A DNA stretch of 64,000 nucleotides from Phoronis australis. Taxonomy: Eukaryota; Animalia; Phoronida. Below, in pieces: positions 28,575 to 41,315 of the stretch. The position numbers and the translations under genes were made by a program. A model generated the notes under the pieces. That model saw only the letters and a list, made by a program, of their open reading frames with translations. It had not been told where the DNA came from and did not search any database. Positions within the stretch are counted from its first letter, which is position 1, and the number at the start of each line of letters is the position of its first letter. The DNA lies in contig NMRA01000038.1 in NCBI GenBank assembly GCA_002633005.1, forward strand, positions 207,154 through 271,153, read 5' to 3'.

Positions 28575-29557
28575 CATAGGCGGATTTAGGGGGGGCCCAG
28601 GAGGCCCCCCCCCGGCTGCCGCAAAAAAACAAAACAGCAAGAGCGTAGGGAAATGTTGAATTTATTAATTAACCCCGGTAATTAAAATTATACGGCTAAA
28701 ACAAGATTTAAATGTGTCCAGTTTTAATTTTTTTGAGGGGGGGCTCAGATCCAATTTCAAGTGTCAAATTCGGAACACGACGCAATCGTAACGGAACTGG
28801 CTAAGTATAGGCTCTCCCGCGATATCTCAGGCGACCGGCAGTGGCGCTGAACACTACGACTCCGTTTCCGTCGTCTGCTCCACTGTGCAATGAAGAAAAT
28901 AACTTCATTTTTTAAACAAACTGGAATTTGAGTGATGGTGAAAAAACAGAAGCTGTTGGTAAGATGTCAATTTTAATCGAAGCTTTAGTGAATCACTCAG
29001 AAACTCATGATTCTCTCTTTGTCAAACCTTAACTTAAAAGACGATTTCCAAAGCAATCGCGTCATTATTGCCAACACGGATTTGGCCTTTTGAGCAATTG
29101 AAGACTATTTTAAATACAACAAATTTGTTACGAACTGATTGCACAAAAAACATGTAATAAGCATTTCAAAAAGAAGGAGTTCTCGCGCGCAAACGCTGTG
29201 GACCATAAATAAGTAGGTCTTTTAGTGTCAAATTAAGAGTGAAATTGTGGTGGTGCAGGGGTAAAGCACGCGCTGTACTAGCAAGGTCGTGAGTTCGAAT
29301 CCGTGGTAATTGCGGTTTTTGCTGGTTGACACATTCTTCGTATTTTTCTTTTTTTTTGCCTTTTTTCTTGGATAATACTTCGGGAATCAAGGAAAATTCT
29401 TGATTTTTAGAGGAAAAAACAGAAAAATTTCCTGGGCGGGAGGGGGGCAAACCCCCCCCCCCCCATTCGGTGCTATGCACATCTACAATCGTGCTTGGAC
29501 CAAATGTTTACAGACAAAATGTTGGGGCCCCCTTGTGATATCCTAGAATCGCCACTG
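28575..29557. mobile_element. 983-bp non-autonomous DNA transposon (CATAGGCGGATTTAG...GAATCGCCACTG), 5-bp TSD ATGTA, with an internal tRNA-like cassette
   Basis: Empty site in the second copy (34191-34210) fixes the boundaries; TSD at 28570-28574 and 29558-29562. Confidence 0.88.
29245..29306 (+). pseudogene. tRNA-like cassette inside the 983-bp element
   Basis: TGGTGGTGCAGGGGTAAAGC (A-box-like) and GAGTTCGAATCC (B box). Confidence 0.6.
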
Positions 29558-32500
29558 ATGTAGGTGTGCAAATTCGCTTGATTTCATTGGTTGCCTTTAC
29601 GGAGTAGAATGCTGAATTCCAATTAGAATCGATTGCTGATATATCCCACGAATTTTTAACTGAAAGTCAATGTTAAGTTTGGATACGCTGTCGATATCAA
29701 GTCACGAATTTCGCCGAGTCTGATTTCCTATCTATTTATCTGTTTGTATTTTAAAACGGTACTGCGGTGTTGTCGCCAGTAATGAAGACCTTGCACGATT
29801 TTTTAATAAGAAACGTGGTTTCCAGTTTGGTTGGTGGAAAAGGTTAATGATTTTCCATTTTTTTCGGTACACATTGTACAATGTACATGTTCGCTCTACG
29901 AACCCAGCAAAACAAAGATCTGTAAACAATAAATAATTTAAGAGTGTATTCCTTCGATGTTTTCATGAAATTTTAATGCGCTTGCGTATACAGTTTCTTT
30001 GCTTCAATGCAAACAGTTGCAATTATAGTGAATAAGAAAAACGTGAACTAACAGAGTCGTCTTTAAATCAATACGAAAGAAGCCGGTTGATTTGCGAGAT
30101 CCTTTCACGCCAATTATTGATTGGCACGGTTCGGTGCACAGCTTCAATGATCCGAAGGTTCCTTGCACCCTCGTATCCGGGTCGCCACTTACCCTCACCT
30201 TTCAAAATGGATGCAGCAACAGTACAGGTATGGACCCCTTAGAGAGAACTTGTGGGCACGAGCATTCTACGGCTCTGCCACTTTTGCATGGAATCTGAAC
30301 CGGCACCTATGTCCATCTACAGTTAGGGACCCTCATTGGCCATCATGAACACTCAGGTTTTCTGCACGAACACACAAAGTCCTCGGTAGAAGAGCACTGA
30401 AGACTGATGGGCCACTATGAAGTAAACAATGAAGCGACAGTTTATTTGACAAAAATAGTGCAGGTGGTCTGTTACATGTTGCATCAGACGTGCGCACGCG
30501 GACCCATTGCACCAAACACTAGAATCATCCAAAGTGCAAGAGAAATTTTAAGAAACAAAAAGTAACATAAGGTTTCACCTAATAGGCGGATTTAGCCCTC
30601 CCCCCCGGCTGTTATTGTGTCCCAGGTCCGCCACTGCACCTCCGTCCAGAAGAGCCATACATGTACATCGATATTCGGTTAAACAATACTGTCGGACAGT
30701 TATTGTTTTTGTTGCAGTCAGCATGTGAGTGAATCAGCAACAAATGTATACAACACAAGTAACTATGAACAAACTTCGACATTGTTGATTTTGCTGTAAA
30801 CCAATTGGCTGTAACTTGTTGACTGTTATCAATAGGTATTTTTAATAGCCCTCAGTTTTCAGACCGTTCCATAAGCTTTTTATGTTCCCTTAATAGGAAA
30901 CTAAATTCAATTCTTTGATGATTTCGACCAACCCAATCATGTGCCATTGTGTTGTTCGTACGAATGCGTTTGGGTAAATCCCTTCCGGTTCCGCCGTCAT
31001 CGAATGTCGTCTGATTATTAAACCCGTGAAACGTAAGATGCATTGTCTCGTTTATATGACCTCGTTCTGTCCTTGTTCTGTCTCCTATCAATGCACCATT
31101 GGTGTGTCACTTGAGTGACAGTATTCAGCTAAAAATACCCAATACTCACTGTGTCACAAGATGCCGGCCCCCACCGTCCTGTTTTTTGTGTGCAGTCTTT
31201 CCCCAGCCACAGTTGTCCAGTAACTTTCTTAAAGCGTTAGTCAAGCTTGGCAAAAGTAGTAGTTTTCAAACTAGCGCCAAACTTTTCAGTGAGGTCTGGC
31301 TAGGCTTCAGCGCATTACATGTTCATTTTGTATAAGAGGTCAAGATAAGAAAATCGTTTAAGTGTCGGCCAATAAGCCACTACCAATTTAGTATATCCTT
31401 TGATCGTGTGCCACAACGTATAACCTCTGTTAACACCGTCCTATCTTTTCGTGTACTGACCGTGTTCGAACACCCGTTTACACAATTTTTGTGTTGTATA
31501 CGAAAACTCCATCTGTGGACAGTGATCCACAGTCATTCGAGTGTGTAGAGATGGCTTGTAGGAGCCTTTGTGTGAAACAATGCGTTTTTTAAGAAAAAAA
31601 ATAGCCTACACTGCGGTATCAATTGTTCCTACAACATGCTGAATTCGACGTGCCGGACTGTTTAATCCAGACTGGTGCAGCACAGCGGTTAGACAGTGAC
31701 CACCGTCTCTAGCTGGCTCAGTAGTTGCTATAAATGTAGGAGCTTCATACGCCGGAAGCTTTTGGGCGAATTATGCCTCACACTGATTAAAAAGTCAAAG
31801 TCACGTGGTTATGAGTACCCTTTGTGCATGAAGGGACACCTTAGGAGGCCGTCGATGTCTTTAAAGTCCTTATCTCAATGGGCAATCTATTTCAAAAACT
31901 TAAAAATATATACTAAATTGAATAATATGTAACATGCCATAATGTTCACATCCTTTCTCTTATCAAATTAAAGGCCCTTTTGAGCACAAGTTTGTGCCTC
32001 GGCCGAGACCGGAAAATCATCGACTGTTCCCGTCTATTTCCGTGACGTCAGTGAGTTCCTGCGCATCAGGTTATGAAGTACGTCTCGCAGCCAACGCTCG
32101 GCTACTGAGGTCAGCCCTGACTAATCGTGAGGGTACGTCAAATTGCAGCAACAGTACGGTCGTTTAGGTAAGAAATTAGAGGAAAAAAACTGTCTTGATA
32201 AGCAAATGTCTTATCTTCATCGCCGTATCGTGAAACTGATGCAAAGTACCAGCCAGGAATGAACAATTGCCGTGTGACTACCTGGACGTGTGAGCGCAAT
32301 GCGTACTTGGCAGCAAGTCGGCGCCGGCTTTACTGGCTGTAAAAATGTAAAACAGAAAGAAAAAACATCCACTCACGGTGATGTTTCAATAAACAAAACA
32401 TGAGCTCCACACTCCAATTGCAATAACTCGCACCTGTGCTTGATTTTGCTGAACGAACACAGTAACCAACGAAGTAATTCCCCTGCAGTTGCCGTGACTC

Positions 32501-33491
32501 TTCGCCGGGAAAATAATCATTTGCTAAATCGACCTTGATTTTCAATTATTAGGGAAAATATATTTTAAAACCTGGCAAAAACTTGCAATATATAGTCTGT
32601 TGTTTAAATATAAAAATTCAGCACTGCAAACCGGGGTGAAGTCAATTTTAATCAATGAGTTGAATGTCAGCGATGGGGAAATAATGCAGTGCTAGGAGCA
32701 TGACGTAGTATTTTTTAATAACTTTGTCACGGGAATTTCACTCACTCAAGGCCCGAGTAGCTAATTAATGTGTTTGTCTTGCCCCACGGAGCACAGATGT
32801 CCGCGCACGGCAGGCCAGGCGGTTCATCTCCTCCGGATAGCAGTTTATACGAATGTTTCTGGCTAAGTGGGAATTGTTCCTTTCACGTTAAACTCGTAAA
32901 TACTTATATTACACCATTTGGCACCATGGGAAGTTTTCTTCCTGAAATTAATTCTCCACCATGTGGTTTTCTGTCGTTCATTGTTGTTTGCGGGAGACCA
33001 CTGGCGGTATCTTAGTTTCCGTCTAAATTTATTTTCGATATTTCCGCAAGTTCAATCGTCAGGATATTCGAACTGTATAGCAATTTTATTCAATTATTTT
33101 GATGTTGTATGTCCGTTGTTCTGTTTATACTGTTTGTTTACCAGAGTTAATTACACCCAGTAAAACACGCTTAGCCTAACCCGCCATCAGTCGGCCTTGT
33201 GATTCAATCGTTGGCACAGGACTGTGACTAGTCCGTAATTTTATGCAAGTGTCTGGGACGACCTTTGCATATATACAGCATTTATCATTTGAACCATTTA
33301 TTCCTGTAAAAAAGCCGGGAACGGCATGCCTTCGTCTTTCGCTAGTGCAGGGGTCTCGATCGGCCAGCACCGGTTCCTTCATCGCCTGCAGTTCCGAGTC
33401 CGGCAAAATAATTTTTGTCGAAATTTATTTTGCCACATTTTATTAACATTTTCAGTACAAATTGTCTCTATTTTGGTTTTATCATAGTTAA

Positions 33492-34070
33492 GATGCGCTG
33501 TCAAGCAAGAATTCCAAAGAATACTGGAACATCATCAATAAAATACGCGGCAGTCAACAGCAATCCTCCTATCCTGTCATCAACTATAATGGTAACCTAG
33601 CCTCAAGTAGTAGTGACATGTGTGATTTGTTTCTCAATTTTTTCACGAACAAAAGCCACATTACACCAACTGAAGTAAGTAACTTTCCCTTTCTTCGTGA
33701 ACGTTGTCTCAATCAACTGTCTGACATCCCGGCTAATCAAACTGATGTCCGGAAGTATCTCAATGAAATTGACCCCAATAAGAATGATGGCACAGCTTTA
33801 ATAACCAGCAAGATGATCAAAATGATTGCCAACGAAATTACCATGCCCCTGACCAATCTGTTTAACAAACTTCTTCAGCTAGGCATTTATCCGTCTTCTT
33901 GGAAACATGGAATTATGGTCCCCATACACAAAAAAGGCTCCAAAACTGAAATTTCAAATTATCGCCCAATAACATTACTTAACACCCTGTCCAAAATCTT
34001 TGAGAAGATCATTGCTCAAAGTATTCTTACATTTCTCAAACAAAACAACTTGATCTATCATCGTCAATTT
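33492..34070 (+). mobile_element. CR1/Jockey-group LINE reverse transcriptase fragment (5'-truncated, cut by the N)
   Basis: 193 uninterrupted codons: KEYWNIINK...G.YPSSWK...VPIHKKGSK...NYRPITLLNTLSKIFEKII...RQF. Confidence 0.88.
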
Positions 34071-35223
34071 NGCACTGCGGGCGGCATATAACTTCGAAGT
34101 GGGTTTCAGTTCGTCATGGAGTCTGAGTCCAAGCTCCACTGGAATCTAACTTGCGGGGTGTTTGTTTTCCTACAAATCTGTTGGGTGGAAATGTACATGT
34201 AGGTGTGCAAATTCGCTTGATTTCATTGGTTGCCTTTACCGAGTAGAATGCTAAATTCCAATTAGAATCGATTGCTGATATATCCCACGAATTTTTAACT
34301 GAAAGTCAATGTTAAGTTTGGAGGTACGCTGTCGATATCAAGTCACGAATTTCGCCGAGTCTGGACGTGATTTTCTATCTATTTATCTGTTTGGATTTTA
34401 AAACGGTACTGCGGTGTTGTCGCCAGTAATGAAGACCTTGCACGATTTTTTAATAAGAAACGTGGTTTCCAGATTGGTTGGTGGAAAAGGTTAATGATTT
34501 TCCATTTGTTTCGGTACACATTGTACAATGTACATGTTCGCTCTACGAACCCAACAAAACAAAGATCTGTAAACAATAAATAATTTATGAGTGTATTCCT
34601 TCGATGTTTTAATGAAATTTTAATGCGCTTACGTATACAGTTTCTTTGCTTCAATGCAAACAGTTGCAATTATAGTGAATAAGAAAAAGTGTGAACTAAC
34701 AGAGTCGTCTTTAAGTAAATACGAAAGAAGCCGATTGATTTGCGAGATCCTTTCAAGCCAATTATTGATTGGCACGGTTCGGTGCACAGCTTCAATGATC
34801 CGAAGGTTCCTTGCACCCTCGTATCCGGGTCGCCACTTACCCTCACCTTTCAAAATGGATGCAGCAACAGTACAGCTATGGACCTCTTAGAGAGAACTTG
34901 TGGGCACGAGCATTCTACGGCTCTGCCACTTTTGCATGGAATCTGAACCGGCACCTATGTTCATATACAGTTAGGAACCCTCATTGGCCATCATGAACAC
35001 TCAGGTTTTCTGCACGAACACACAAAGTCCTCGGTAGAAGAGCACTGTAGACTGATGGGCCACTATAAAGTAAACAATGAAGCGATATTTGACAAAAATA
35101 GTGCAGGTGGTCTGTTACACGTTTCATCAGACGTGCGCAAGCGGACCCATTGCACCAAACACTAGAATCATCCAAAGTGCAAGAGAAATTTTACGAAACA
35201 AAAAGTAACATAAGGTTTCACCT

Positions 35224-35278
35224 CATAGGCAGATTTAGCCCCCCCCCCGGCTGTTATGGTGTCCCAGGTCCGCCACTG
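35224..35278. mobile_element. 55-bp mini-MITE of the same family, 5-bp TSD CACCT (counterpart at 30581-30636)
   Basis: CATAGGCAGATTTAG...GGTCCGCCACTG flanked by CACCT on both sides. Confidence 0.75.
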
Positions 35279-36305
35279 CACCTATCCGTCCAGAAGAGCC
35301 ATACATCGATATTCGGTTGAACAATACTGTCGGACAGTTATTGTTTTTGTTGCAGTCAGCATGTGAGTGAATCAGCAACAAATGTATACAACACAAGTAA
35401 CTATGAACAAACTTCGACATTGTTGATTTTGCTGTAAACCAATACCTTTTATTTGGCTGTAACTTATTGGCTGTTATCAATAGGTATTTTAATAGCCCTC
35501 AGTTTTCAGACCGTTCCATAAGCTTTTCATGTTCCCTTAATAGGAAACTAAATTCTGTTTGATGATTTTAACCAACCCAATCATGTGCCATTGTGTTGTT
35601 CGTACGAATGTGTTTGGTTAAATCCCTTCCGGTTCCGCCGTCATCGAATGTCGTCTTATTATTAAACCCGTGAAACGTAAGATGCATTGTCTCGTTTATA
35701 TGACCTCGTTCTGTCTCTTATCAGTGCACCATTGGTGTGTCACTTGAGTGACAGTATTCAGCTAAAAATACCCAATACTCACTGTGTCACAAGATGCCCC
35801 CACCGTCCTGTTGTTTGTGTGCAGTCTTTCCCCAGCCACACTTGTCCAGTAACTTTCTTAAAGCGTTAGTCAAGCTTGGCAAAATAGTAGTTTTCAAACT
35901 AGCGCCAAACTTTTCAGTGAGGTCTGGCTATGCTTCAGCGCATTACTTTGCATAAGAGGTCAAGATAAGGAAATGGTTTAAGTGTCGACCAATAAGCCAC
36001 TACCAATTTAGTATATCCTTTGATCGTGTGCCACAACGTATAACCTCTGTTAACACCGTCCTATCTTTTCGTGTACTGACATCTGGACCGTGTTCGAACA
36101 CCCGTTTACACACTTTTTGTGTTGTATACGAAAACTCCATCTGTGGACAGTGATCCACAGTCATTCGAGTGTGTAGAGATGGCTTGTAGGAGCCTTTGTG
36201 TGAAACAATGCGTTTTTTAAAAAAAATTGCCTACAATGCGGTATCAATTGTTCCCACGACATGCTGAATTCGACGTGCCGGACTGGTTAATCCAGACTGG
36301 TGCTG

Positions 36306-38175
36306 CACAGCGGTTAGACAGTGACCACCGTCTCTAGCTGGCTCAGTAGTTGCTATACATGTAGGAGCTTCATACTCCGGAAGCTTTTGGGCGAATTATG
36401 CCTCACACTGATTAAAAAGTCAAAGTCACGTTGTTATGAGTACTTTTTGCGAATGAAATGACACCTTAGCAGGCCGTCGATGTCTTTAAAGTCCTTATCT
36501 CAAAGGGCAATCTATTTCAAAAACTCAAAAATATATACCAAATTGAATAATATGTAACATGCCATAATGTTCAGATCCGTTCTCTTATCAAATTATCAAA
36601 TTAAAGACCCTTTTGAGCACAATTTTGTGCCTCGGCCGAGACCGGAAAATCATCGACTGTTCGCGTCTATTTCCGTGATGTCGGTGAGTTCCTGCTCATC
36701 AGGTTGTGAAGTACGTCCCGCAGCCAACGCTCGGCAACTGAGGTCAGCCCTGACTAATCGTGAGGGTACGTCAAATTTCAGCAACAGTACGGCCGTTTGG
36801 GTAATAAATTAGAGGAAAAAAACTGTCTTGATAAGCAAATGTCTTATCTTCATCCCCGTATCTTGAAACTGATGCAAAGTACCAGCCTGGAATAAGCAAT
36901 TGCCGTGTGACTACCTGGACGTGTGAGCGCAATGCGTACTTGGCAGCAAGTCGGCACCGGCTTTACTGGCCGTAAAAAATGTAAAATAGAAAGAAAAAGC
37001 ATCCACACACGGTGATGTTTCAACAAACAAAAAAATGAGCTCCACACTCCTATTGCAATAACGCGCACCTGTGCTTGATTTTGCTGAACGGACACAGTAA
37101 CCAATGAAGTAATTCCCCTGCAGTTGCCGTGACTCTTCTCCGGGAAAATAATCACTTGCTAAATTGGTCTTGGTTTTCAATTATTAGGGAAAATATATTT
37201 TAACACCTGCCAAAAACTTACAATATATAGTCTGTTGTCTAAATATAAAAATTCAGCACCGCACACGGGGTTCTAGTGAATTTTAGTCAATGAGTTGAAT
37301 GTCAGCGATGGGGAAAAAATGCAGTGCTAGGAGCATGACGTAGTATTTTTTAATAATAACTTTGTCACAAGAATTTCACTCATTCAAGGCCCGGGTAACT
37401 AGTTAATGTGTTCATCTTGCCCCACGAAGCACACAAGTCCGCGCACGGCAGGCCAGGCGGTTCAGTTCCTCCGGATAGCAGTTTATACGAATGTTTCTGG
37501 CTAAGTGGGAATTGTTCCTTTTACCTTAAACTCATAAATACTTATATTACACCATTTGGCACCATGGGAAGTTTTCTTCCTGAAATTAATTCTCCATCAA
37601 GTGGTTTTCTGTAATTCATTGTTATTTGCTGCAGGGCCGTAACGGAAGTCGCGGGAGACCACTGGCGGTATCTTAGTTTCCGTCTAAATTAATGAGTGGC
37701 GCGTTCATTAAAACTTTCCTCGACTACGCATTGTTCATTGGTTATGAGATGAGTACTGCATGGTTCCTTCTAATTTCTTCTAACCATTCAATAAGGGTTA
37801 AAAACGTGTGCTTCTAGGACTTTGATTCCTTCCAACTCGAACAAATACTCCCGTTATCAAACATTTTTCTTCGGGCAGTCCCTCGTTCAGTTCCCAAAAT
37901 CGGTAACTGGCCATTTTTACACTGCGAACGCCAAGGGATATGACGTCGTACAACCTGCCTGGACTATTTGTTCGAGTGGGAAGGAATCGAACTCACCGAT
38001 GACCTCCTAAGGTATCCCTCTATGCGCAAAAAGTATTTATAACAACAAGACTTTGATGTTATAGTCGCTGTGAGGCATAATTCGCCGAAAAGTGTCCGGC
38101 GTATGAAGCTCCTATAGGGGCTGTGTCATGTCTAGTGGTCAGCTAGAGACGGTGGTCACTGTCTACGCTGCTGTG
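36306..38175. mobile_element. ~1.9-kb non-autonomous EnSpm/CACTA-like element with ~175-bp TIRs (left part also at 31681-33029)
   Basis: CACAGC...TAGACAGTGACCACCGTCTCTAGCTG is inverted at 38138-38175, with similarity extending in to about 36480/37995; TG on both sides is a possible 2-bp TSD. Confidence 0.72.
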
Positions 38176-40939
38176 TGACTGGAGAAAAACTTCCATTTGC
38201 ATGCACATGTAGTTTGGCAACAGTGTGATTTGGTTGAGAAACGATCAACAGTAACATACTGTATCATCCTCGAAACACTGAATAAAAATACATTCTGTAC
38301 GTTAACTATGGTTACCAAAGAATATGTCAGTTTTATGTAAGCCCTGTCTATACTTTTTGATTTTTAATATGTGACGTTCTTTAAGATTTTTACGAAGTTT
38401 GGTCACAGTCTAAACACTCCGAGATGTCGTCACGGTAATGTTCACATGTGTCAGGCGGATCGCAGATTGAATACACGGTAAAAAAAATTAACTTACGATA
38501 AAATTGTTCGCTGAAATTGACGGATTTCTATTTTTCAGGGGCTTACCATGTTGTTGCGAATGCTCAACATTTTGCGAAATGTTGTCTGCTAATAGCTAAG
38601 CTATAGAAACAATGCTCAAAGCAAAGTAGATTTTCCCGAAAAAGTTATTTCGTTGAGAAATTTCATTCTGTGAAATTTCACCTGTCCGCAATGTTGTGTC
38701 TAAAACTGAAGAACTTTTAAGAGTTTTATTGTCGTTTAGCAAGTCTTGCTCTGGTTGTAAGATCGAGGACCTGGCGCATCCAATTATAATTGTTCTGCAG
38801 GCGGGGCACAAAAGAGTAAACATTAGTTCTGTTTGCCATGTTGTAATGAAAAGGATTAATTAGTACTTATGACTTCATCCTACCTGTTGGCACCTTACAG
38901 AGAGTTGCCCCCAGGTCTCTAGCACCGTATTCCGGACTATCTTTAAATCAGTTACGTGAACACGTATAAGGCCAGAAATACAAAATATTTAATAAACTTG
39001 AACATTCCCGTTGACATTGCACAGGTGCTCCATAACATCAGCCTTTGGCCATAGTTTTATAACAACGCAGCACCTTGAATTGGAGTGAATTACTTGAATT
39101 TAGGATTTCCATTTTAATTGAATTTCAACAATTAGCGGAGTTAAGATGATGTTTGGAACCTAAATTTTTGTTGTTTAAAAAGCATTCTCGTTTCGCAAAA
39201 TTACTTAAAACTGACGTTTAACCGATTGAATTTTTTCGACCCAAATTGCTTTTATCCTGGCCACAACCAGCCTTGCTTTCAACAAGGAAAGCCTTCTTCG
39301 CGCTTTCCTCGATCGCTTCCAATTGTTAGATACTGCTTTCGTTCTTGAATTTGTTTGCTATGCAGCTTGAAAAACGCTCGCCAAAAATGAAAGCGCTTTC
39401 CGCGAGCGCGTCATTCAGTACCACAATCTCGTGAAAAACCTTTATCTGCAAGTTTCAGATAGATAATTGGACAGGTTTGCCCCTTTTTTTCATAAATGTC
39501 AGTGCATTCTGATTTTTACTGAATAAAAGTATCTAACGGCAGCAGATGTCCAATCAATTATAATTATGTTTATATAAATGTGTAATAATTTTGAATGAAT
39601 GCGTGACTAAATTATCCACAGCAAAGGTGACGAATCCATATTCTAAAACATCTGTCTTTATAAGGTAGAAATCTTTTAAATCATTGAATTTATTTCCCTT
39701 ATGGCTTAACTAGTCATTTATTCAACCTCTCTGGTACATTTCTTTTCATGTCACACGCTGTAATTTTTCGCAATTTGCTAATACTCTTGGTTTTGAGAAT
39801 TAAAAATATTTTTAAACCAGTCATTTATGCGAAATGATAATTACTTATGAGTTCAATTATTTGTCTTTGCTTCTGGTATGACCACTCAAAAATTGACAAA
39901 GGGCTTTCTTATGATATGGCTATTATGCAATTCGGTTGAAAAACGGCGGAGCTGAGAAAAGCTTTAAGGACAGTAAATTCCATAGTAAGTACACACACCG
40001 CAACAAACGAGTGCAAACAGCTCTCACGCATGTATGTACGCGGCGCAACCTCAGAGGCCGCGAGATCAGAGTTGGCATTCCAGGGTTAGAGTTCTATGTT
40101 TTCACGAAACGGGCCCTTGGTGGTACGGCAGTTTATCAGTCGAGATTCCGTCACAAAACGTTGAGTCACGCGTGATTTGGATCTACATAATAAACTCGTC
40201 ACTATGCGAACATGATTCACTAACCCGCAAGTGTTCAAGGCAAAATTGGTGTTATCGTTAGAATGCTGTTTTCCTCTGCGTTTGTTTCGGTGACTGATGT
40301 CCGGAAACCGTGCTGTCACGGTCACAGCGAGGCCTGCACTCTCGAAGTGTTTCTTCGCTGAGTTGTGACAAACTTAATCAATAAAGCGTGAGTAATGTTA
40401 GCAGCAAAGGCAATTGTCATTTCGGGACTCATGGTCATAAACATATGGCGATTTATCTCTAACAATTGGCTGATTCATAACAACACATCTGAAAGTGTCA
40501 TTTATTGATAATTCTCAGTGGCACCACGGATAATCGACCACAGTCAAGTTACACAAATTAAAGATACACCGCCCGGTTCAATTCACTGTGATTACCAGTA
40601 AACAGCGACAACTCTGCGCCAACTGAATACATAAAAATTAACGGAACGAGTAACAAAAATATTAACTGATTGATAACGCTGGGCTTCCATCATCCACTCC
40701 ACCATGATCATCGTCGTCGTCCTCACCATATCCATAACGTAGGTCAGTGGTTTTAACTTCAGACTCCCTTCTGAGAGACCCTAGTTCAGAACCTGACATT
40801 ACTGGCAAACAGTTGAGCATTGCAAAAACTCTTGTCTTCCTACTCTGAACGCGGCCCTATTCATGGATGGATGCATGGGAGTAAATGAGAACTTAGATAT
40901 AGGATAAAAACAATTTCTGGAGGCGTGTCAATATTTTAA

Positions 40940-41315
40940 GAAAATATGGCCATTATCGCCACCGTTGTCGTCATTGTCATCATCATCATCATCATCAGTA
41001 ATACCAGTATGATAATCTTCACCACCTTGACCATCATCAGCAACACCACCATCGTCAATATCGTCATCGCCATTATCATCATCATCGTCAACACACCATT
41101 ATTATCTTCACCGTCATTATCATCATCGCCATTTCCATCATCAACACCACAATCTTCACCATCAATGTCACCATATGTCATCGTTACTGTAATTATAACT
41201 GCCATTAGGATTGTCGCCCTTGTCGTTACTGTCGCTGTTGTCACTTTTATAGTCGTGTTAAGTGACAATTAGTAGACGCATATACACACACATACATCGT
41301 CATCGCCGTCATCTT
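40940..41315. repeat. Degenerate (CAT/CGT/CAC)n low-complexity tract
   Basis: Read directly; it produces the poly-I/M/D pseudo-ORFs. Confidence 0.85.

Larger units (their letters stand above)
28445..37690 (+). repeat. Direct duplication (28445-33029 and 34072-37690) across the N at 34071; probably two alleles
   Basis: Colinear over ~3.6 kb with scattered substitutions and indels; the second copy starts exactly after the N. Confidence 0.85.

Noticed and set aside
40936-41272. Hydrophobic or acidic ~110-aa ORFs on both strands
   Set aside because: Translation of a trinucleotide low-complexity tract
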